NCBI GenBank assembly: GCA_021613535.1
Contig: CP075495.1
Location: 12,152,001 to 12,216,000 of the forward strand
Length of the DNA: 64,000 nt
Reading direction: 5' to 3'
Origin: Adineta vaga
Lineage: Eukaryota; Animalia; Rotifera
Part shown: positions 55,699-64,000 of the stretch, one piece after another
How the letters are laid out: each line of letters begins with the position of its first letter
Position numbering within the stretch: the stretch's first letter is position 1
Translations under genes and position numbers: made by a program
The notes under the pieces: generated by a model
Database searches by the model: none
What the model was told of the DNA's origin: nothing
The model's input: only the letters and a program-made list of their open reading frames with translations

Positions 55699-58600
55699 AT
55701 ATAAGACAACATAAGATGAGATACAAACTAATACGTGAGAACAATAAATAAGAGTAAGTAATACAATCTGATAAATATAAACAGAATTGCAAATTGATAT
55801 TTTTACTTCTATTTAGTCTCGGGAATCAATTAGAATATATATATACATATACTCCGTTGAAGAGCAAATAGTATTACAACTATCTTGAATTAATCTTCAA
55901 CAATTTTGATTTCGAATTCGATGATAATTTCTTACTCACTCGATAAATAATTATAATTAGGAAAAGAAAAACAACAATTTCTTACTCAAACAAAGAAATT
56001 GTTAATAAAGAATAAGTTTAAGAATTTTATCGAATGAGCAACAAAACTAGATCATTGATTTCGAGATCAATTCTATTCGACTCAATTGTTTATGTGATAG
56101 ATTCAGATAAGTAAAATCGGACAACAAACTTCTCAACAAGCAAATACAACAAACGATTCTCAGGGGTTTCTATAAGTTTGTTCTCACAACAATGTTTGTT
56201 AATTTCGTCTTTTATTTTATTTTTTATTTGCTCGTCTATCTCTTCTCGTGTCACTTCATGGTCATTCTTACATTATCAATCAACTACTAATTCACCTCAT
56301 TCACTCACTCTCTTGCATGTTTTTCTTTCCTTGACTTATCTAATCATCGAATATCATTATAATAAAATGAAAAAAAAACAATGATTTTATAACGATTCAC
56401 TCTAGGATAAGTTATGATGTATTAACGTAGATTTGTTTGTTTGTTTTCTTCTTTGTATTGTGTATGGTTCGGTTCTTTATCTCTTCTTTGTTTGCATGAC
56501 ATTTCCTTTTGTTCATCGTTTTTCTTTTCTTTTTCTCAATCCCGTTCTTTTTATTTTGGAAAATTTGTTTTGCAATATCATGCGAATAAAAACACGTATG
56601 AAATTCAATTAAAATAATCTTCTCAAAACAAGATAATGACATATTATTCAAAATAAATCACAAACTATTCAATGTTTAATCCGTCTTCTCGTATGTACGT
56701 CGTTCTACTATTTAACATATTACACATCCAATTTCTTCCGGTCTTTATATAATCTGAAATTTTATTTTGAACCTTTCAAATAAAGTATGCATTTAATTAT
56801 ATGATTTTTTTCTTAGAAGGAAACATCATGCAATGTACTCAGACAGCCATCTGTCTTTCGATTTCTATTTTGAAAAAAAAGTACCTTGACGAGTACAAGT
56901 TCGAAACGCTATGACTAAAGTCAATAAATACAATAGAAGTGTAATAAGGTATCATATTTTGTAATGTACGAAGTCCAAAGATTTATCACAGATAGGTTAA
57001 AAATAGTAATGTTCTTACATTCATCGAAAGAAAAAGTTAAAATAAAGACGTATATCGTATTATCGATTCGCGTGCTTAATTTGAGTATGTTGGATTGTCG
57101 ATGTTGTAGAAAACGTTTTGATAAAATTATCTACTAATTAGATTTATTTATGTATTCAAGTATAGTTGCTTCGTAATCGAAGAGAAAAAAATTAGAATAG
57201 ATGTTCTCATCGTGATATTTAAAACATGAATCAAATGTACGCAGATAAGATTATTCAGTCGTTATGAATCTGTTATCTTTATATTAAAAATATGTCGACA
57301 TATGCAAAATAGAAATTATTATTTATGAAGATATCTATACAGATTGTCAAGTTATTTTCAATAAAAATAAAAGTACAATTACTCAATGTTAGATAAAAAA
57401 AATCAAATTTCATTCATATCAGAAAGCATTCAGTAACCCAAGAGTACTTTGTAAAATTATGAATGAGAAATAAAGGTAGAAAGATAAAAATTATTCGAAT
57501 GTTTAGAATTATATTGATTTTGAAGAAGATTTCAGTCTCATAGATCAATTCTATTTATTATTGAGTACGTCATTAATGACTGAATGCGTGTCTATTTTTA
57601 ACATTCTATGTTACATTACTTTAAAGAGAATATTCTCATGATTTTTCACTTTGATGATTTTGGAGTGGAAAATTATCTTAATTGTCTTACTCTTTGATAC
57701 ATCTACCATTTTTTGTTTATACAAAGAAAATTAGTCAAATAATAACGTTCATAAGATATCTTTATTTCCTGTGAAGACTTGAATCAAAAAAAACTTAAAT
57801 CTAGTTTTTCGATCTACCCTTTGATGAAACAGAAGTATGTATAACAATCAAATGCTTATATAAAAAAACAGAATATCTAAGTACAAATAATTGTTTCTTT
57901 AATGAAACAATCTACATTTGATCATTTTCATTTTGTTTGTATAATCTCGATAGAGTAAATCTTCTTCTTGTAATAATATCATGTCATGACGATGTGGATT
58001 GATTTTGTACTGAATTCTTAGAAGTCTTCAATCGTAATAATTCTTCATTTTTCTTTATTGTTGACAATTGAACCTGTAACTGTATGAGAACTAGTAGGTA
58101 AGACAAATCATCTAAAATTATACTTTATTTTTAAATTTTTTTGCTGGTGCACAAAGAAGTGCGACGAGACATTGATCACCTGCCGAATCTATTAAATAAA
58201 AAGAAACGAAGATCTAAGAAGAAACTACAATGTATATTACATACATTTTTCGTACGTTTTAACTACTTTTTTTGCCATGGTTTATGAAACGTTTTGCACT
58301 TGTACTAGAAGGACAAAACAAGATGACTCTCGTTTAAAAAGTTTGTAAACTTAGAGAATATATGAAAAAGATAATAAATAACAGTTATCATATATAGATC
58401 AATCTTTCCTCTATGAAAAAGATATTTTTGTAAGAAAAAAAAAGAGAAAGGAAAAACGTACCGAGCATTCACTTCTCACACATCGATTAATAATGTCAAA
58501 ATACACTAGACAGAAGAATACGATAGATGTACTTCGCTGTAAAGGAAGAAAAGAAAACAAGGAGAGGTCGATTTAAGTACTTTTCTATGTGACTTAAGAT

Positions 58601-61600
58601 CTTATTTTAATTTATAATGCTTTAGATAGTTGCCGAATAGATAGAAAGTTTATATTTCGAATTCTCAACATCGATATTACATTATTTAAAAGTAACATAT
58701 TGAACAAAAATTACCTTTGATATGAAATCCAGAAAGGATAATCAGAATGTGCCTGAAACTCACTTTCATATTTTCTGAGACACAAGACTTCCTCTACCTC
58801 TTTATAGAATATGTTCAAAATAGTTGTTTTTATATTACAAATAAATGCTCATTATTTCATGTAACTCTTGAGATATTATTTCTAAAAACAACAGTATGCA
58901 TTCAATAATACTTCCTTTTAACTATATTCCTTGACATTTCATAGCTGGTAAGTATAAAGTCTACATCGAATTAATTTAAGGATCTGATAGCAGTCTATGG
59001 TTTACCAACGATCTTCTGTTACATTTCTTTGACTTTCAAATAATTAATAATGTTATTTCATCTGTTCCTACAAAGCTCATGAGACTAACCATGTTGACTT
59101 TTTCAATAGTCGATTTAACGCTTATTCATTGATTTACATACTATTAATAATCTCTATGAAAACAACTTTGTATAAGATGAAGTCTTAACTTTGAAAAATA
59201 TTAGCAAACCTTGTTGATGTTTATTTGACTAGGCAATAAATATTGATTGTAGATATATTTTCTTTTGCTAACTTTGTTCTATATCATGTTTCTATTCAAT
59301 TTTGCTGACGTAGACATAAGTCTTAAAACCAATAATAGTATCACTTAAAATCTATTTTCTATCAGAATGTTCTTGGATCTTTTAAGAAGCCAGACAAATT
59401 AGTCAACAGAGGAAAAGATATGTCTTAAAAGTGATTTGAAATAATGGAAAATTTGTATGTAATCTTACAACAACCATTTCAAATGCTGAATATCTAAGAC
59501 AATAAATACTTCCGTTGATTAAATGTATTGATTCAATCAAGAATTTCAATACAATCCCATAAACAAGAAAATAATTATGTAGATTGTTGCTACATCAAAA
59601 TGTACACATGATAACACTATTACGCAGATTAAATTATGTTTTACTTCATGTTAATTTCTATGAGTGACATCTTTTTCTTTTATCACGATTTTATCTTTGT
59701 AACCAATGCAAGATTTATATTAATTTCAAGATAACAAAAGAAATAATTGGAAAAAAAACAACAAGATCGCACCTGTTTTGCATATTTCTCCGTAGGAAAA
59801 TATGCAAAGGTCAAATAAGATGTGAGATTATAAACGCTTATTATCATATACTGAATGGAATGGAATAGATATCATGGTAAACATAAATAATAATGCTTGA
59901 TGTACTGCGTATTTGTTTGAGCTGTTTATCAATATTATTTATTATACATGCCAATCGTTTTCGTTGTTTTTTTAGTATAGAAATCAGATTTAGTCAGATA
60001 GAATGAAAACATTGCTGTGCACATAGTCCTTATCATTTGTTCACTACTTGTTATTCACATCGTCAGATAGATTTTCGAATAACACTATATTACATATTGA
60101 ATATTTATAGATATAATATCAAAACATGTTTCTATAGCGTTGTAAAGTTTCTTGAAACGACTGATATTGAAAGATTAACAGATAAAATAACATGGTTTTG
60201 TCGATGAACTTTAGAAAATTTTTGGAGTAAAATGTATCGATGTCTACACAAGAGTCGTTGTCTATTATAAAAAGAGAAATGATGACAAACTATTATTAAA
60301 AATTAATGAAAATAATTTATCAAAAGAAAGAATTACAAATGAAGATTTTTATACATAAACAATTTGTTTCGTATATTCTTTTTTTTCTCTTTGATAGATT
60401 TAAAGGTCTTTCTCCATACTGTCATTTTCTTTTTCATTAAAGATCAGTAACGTGTCAATAAACCTCACAATAACTATTCAGTCAGTTAGTCATCCTAGTG
60501 TTATCTTTTAATCCTGTTGACAGTCGGAGTATATGTATGTTACTATTTTCTTTTGCATTTGCTTACCTAGAAGTGTATTTGTATGTCTATGTACAACTAT
60601 ACTTCGAAAAGGAATCCTTCTGTTTATACAAAAACATGCTATTGTTTTGTATAGACGATAATATTACCTAAATTATAACTTACAATCGATCTTTTCACTC
60701 GATGAATGTCAATGGCAGCAGGTGTTGTTTAGAAATTCTGAACTGTTGATAGTTATTTGAAAAATAGAATAGGTTACAATAACATTGATATATACATAGA
60801 GAAGAGTTTTATTTTGAGTATTTCTTCTTTGAAATGAAGATAGAAGAAGAGTAGAATCGTTTTACTATTGTAAGATAGTACATGACTAACTATTTGTTAT
60901 TTTAAGAATTATATGGATTTATTTGAGATGAATAGAGTTTTTATTCGAATTGATATCGTCTATTGTGACCTTCAATACTTATTTAGAATTGAAAAGCTAG
61001 TTAGTTATTTATAGTTTTCTTTTTTGTTCTTATCAATAATACAATACAAAGTTTGTATTTAGAAGTAACAATAAAATCTAATGATGAAATCATTGATCTT
61101 AGAATGCTTCTTTTTTTTCACGATATATTCATTCGTGTTTGATGTATTCTATTTAATTACATGCGATATAGTTAGGGAGTCTACTCATACAAACTCATTT
61201 GTTACTCATTCGTATAGTTCAATTTTTAAAATATACAAAATTCAGCATTTTCATGGTACATATATAAGTTACACTTGCTACGATTATTAATTTATATGTC
61301 ATCCGAAGAAAGCTAATGAACAAACTATAAATAAATATATGCATGCAAGGAATGAATAAGAACAATGAGGTCGATTAAATGTACGACAATATATGACATG
61401 TAGAAGTAACAAATATGATTTTTTTTCTTCTTCAATGACAGTTTTATAATGAGTTTTACTTTCTTTAAATAACGTGTCTTTTGAATTCCATTGAAATCTC
61501 AATCCATGTCAATGTCAAGTAGTCATTCAATAGCATGAGACAGTTATATTCATAAGGAATGATGGTCCTATTCATGTTAATATATTCACTACTATGAAAG

Positions 61601-63394
61601 AAATGTAATTCGAACTATATTAAAGTTTCGTTGTGCTTTTAAATAATATTATTGATGATTCTAACCTTTCATCGATTGAATTCTGTTATTTCGATCTTTT
61701 CATTGACATTTTCCTCGGATTTTTTTTTCTATCGGACTTTGTGTTTCTCGTTTGCAAAAAAAAACGAAGACGAACGATTGATATGCATGTGCATGCTATC
61801 AATGTACTTTTTAGTTAATCTTAATTCTCTTCGGAACGATAAATAACCAAAATAGTTGTCATCAAAACTGCATTTCTCAATCTCATATGTTGTCAATAAG
61901 CTTGTTCGTATTTTTTGATATTTTTTTATCGTTGTATGATATATACCGACATATCATTGTAATTACTCGTCTTTGGTTTATTTTTATTTTTGCCTATGTT
62001 GTGTTTATGATGTTTTATCAATATAAAGAACATAATAAAGAACGGAGTAGAAAGCTTTAATCTTATGGATATAGTGTGCATTTAGTGTTAGAGACACATG
62101 AGAGATCAATTTTTGACGATTGACTACCATCATATACCTTTTTTTTTATCCCTTCTCTAACAACGGTGACCGTCATGTGCGTTGTTATGATGATGGTCGT
62201 CGTCGTTGTCGTCGTCGTTATTGTATAGTAGAGTAGCACTAGTGAGTTTTTTCTTTCTTCTCTTCGTTTCTTTCTCATGTCCTTTCTACTGATTACACAT
62301 GCACATACGCAACTGGATCCCTTGTATTCGTTTTCATTGTCCCTTGTTCATGATTAAGACGAAGAAGAGAGAGAGAGAGAAAAAAAGCGAGGAGAAGAGA
62401 AACAAAGCATTATAAAAAAATCGAGAGAGAACTCTTTTAAATAGTTTAAGTGAGTAATGCCCGTTTTGTTCATATTATTTTACTTTTATACAGTAAATTT
62501 CTTTCTCTATGCATTCAATCTGTTGTTAAGGGACATATGCACGTCATTTTTTCCATATTACCATTGACTGTCGATCAAAGAATGATGTTTTATCTTTCAT
62601 TAATAATCGTTTAAGTACTCGTGCGTTTCTAATTTGCGACAAATATTGAGAAACAGCTGCGCTATTTGTATATCTTTACCGTCTACATCATTTCTTAATC
62701 ATTGAATAGTCTCGAATAGAATGAGAATAGTCATAACTTTGATTTCAAACCTTGCGAGAAAGAAATGTGACATGTTCAAGAGAATGAAGATATTAATCTG
62801 TTGTATCAGTTTATACCATTGTTGCGAGTATCGATTACGTGAAAAGTGATGATTAAATTATGTAAACATTCTGTGACGTCATTTGAAAAAAGGAAAAGAA
62901 AGTATATGTGTAGATATGGGTAAGTATATATCTCTTCATGGCCTCAAAAATCGACATATAGACACATACACACACACACACACGTTGTACATCTTTTCGA
63001 GGACGACAAGGATCAAAAATACTGAAAGTAATGTATATAAATTAATACAAACGAATAAGAATAAATAAATGTATTAAAGGAAATCGAGTATGTTCAGGGT
63101 CATTTGTTTTAGTTCGTATTTAATTAGAACGAAATAACAACACCTTCATATGAGCCCTCTAGTATTATTAGTAAATTTGATTAGAGATTTAATTCTATCA
63201 CACGCACATCTCAATGACTTTGTTATTGTTGTTGCCGTAGGTATAAATGACAGAGAGACAAGGAGAGAGTGAAAGAGGCGAAGAAAAACAAGGAAAGGCC
63301 GACTGTTTTCGATTCTTTACAGTTTGTAGATGACTATGTGGACAGAGAGAAAAAGCAATAGAAGAAGAAGAATAAGAATAAGAGAAAAGAGAAA

Positions 63395-63425
63395 CGTGTC
63401 GCGCCGCCGCCGCCACCGCCACCGC
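63395..63425 (+). promoter_or_regulatory. GC-rich (GCC/ACC)n island upstream of the COBL-like gene; possible promoter or 5' UTR element
   Basis: cgtgtcgcgccgccgccgccaccgccaccgc stands out against the AT-rich background, ~320 nt upstream of the ATG. Confidence 0.35.
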
Positions 63426-63745
63426 AAGCTAACTGAATTGGACTGTGTCAATAGTAATATTAGTCGGTGAAGCAATAGCAGAAGCACTAGTAGTGATTGG
63501 ATATATTCTTCAAATATTACTCTTCAATTGAGTCAAGTATTCTTCGAAAAGATAAAATACCATCAGGTTTTGAAAATGTGTGCAAGAGAAATAGAGTGAA
63601 AGAGAAGTAAAAGAATGTGATGGTATTCCGTAGGAAGAACACAAAATACTCATTACCATTTACACTTTTTTATTTTGTAGATTTCATCTTCTTCTTTTTC
63701 AGTACAATAAAATAAAGAATTCATTTGATTCTTTTCGATTACGAA

Positions 63746-64000
63746 ATGATGCCAATAATAGAACAAAGTCCTGTCCATCATCATCATCATCATGGTCATG
63801 GCCACCAAACCTATTATCATCAACAACATTCACCAGAACAAACTGGTAAGATACAATTAACACTTATCTTACCAAATGGTGTCCCATCCGTTATAAATGT
63901 TGATGCTAAGTAATGATTAATTTCTCTATATCTGTATGAACATATATTCTATCTTTCGAACATATGTTTCTCTAGTACACCAATGATGGATTTACTTGTA
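63746..64000 (+). CDS. COBL: 5' end of a cordon-bleu (COBL/COBLL1)-like gene, ubiquitin-like COBL domain; runs off the window
   Basis: MMPIIEQSPVHHHHHH...IQLTLILPNGVPSVINVDAN|TPMMDLLV (intron 63910-63975) matches the recalled COBL/COBLL1 motif L.VVLP.G......V.GS.PMMDLL. Confidence 0.7.

Overview
Eukaryotic (metazoan), very AT-rich genomic DNA with many short GT-AG introns (mostly ~48-70 nt) and (TA)n tracts. The sequence style suggests a bdelloid rotifer, which is an inference only. Manual splicing gives about 11 protein-coding genes. The minus strand carries a tandem pair: an ARM-like/TIR-like/SAM-like protein (2168-5032) and a multi-cysteine-cluster Toll-like receptor with a degenerate TIR (6122-10464). 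The plus strand carries a compact cluster of ZDHHC17-, CEPT1-, NudE-, R9AP/R7BP-, DPF- and DRAM-like genes (16923-30090), an inactive PLC-like gene (PLCL/PRIP, 33304-38951), a large CCDC141/zormin-type spectrin-repeat + Ig gene that probably continues through an unrecognised 16-unit repeat region (39781-55698), and the 5' end of a cordon-bleu-like gene (63746 onward). The three most notable observations are: (1) one R7-RGS anchor gene that can end either in a Cys cluster (R7BP-like) or in a transmembrane helix (R9AP-like), depending on its last intron; (2) an 8+8 array of ~60-aa repeats in the titin-like protein; (3) two adjacent genes with degenerate TIR domains. Two apparent small frameshifts (about 38756 and 47078) need read-level checking. 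No tRNA, rRNA, CRISPR array or intact mobile element was recognised. All family calls are from remembered motifs; no searches were run.
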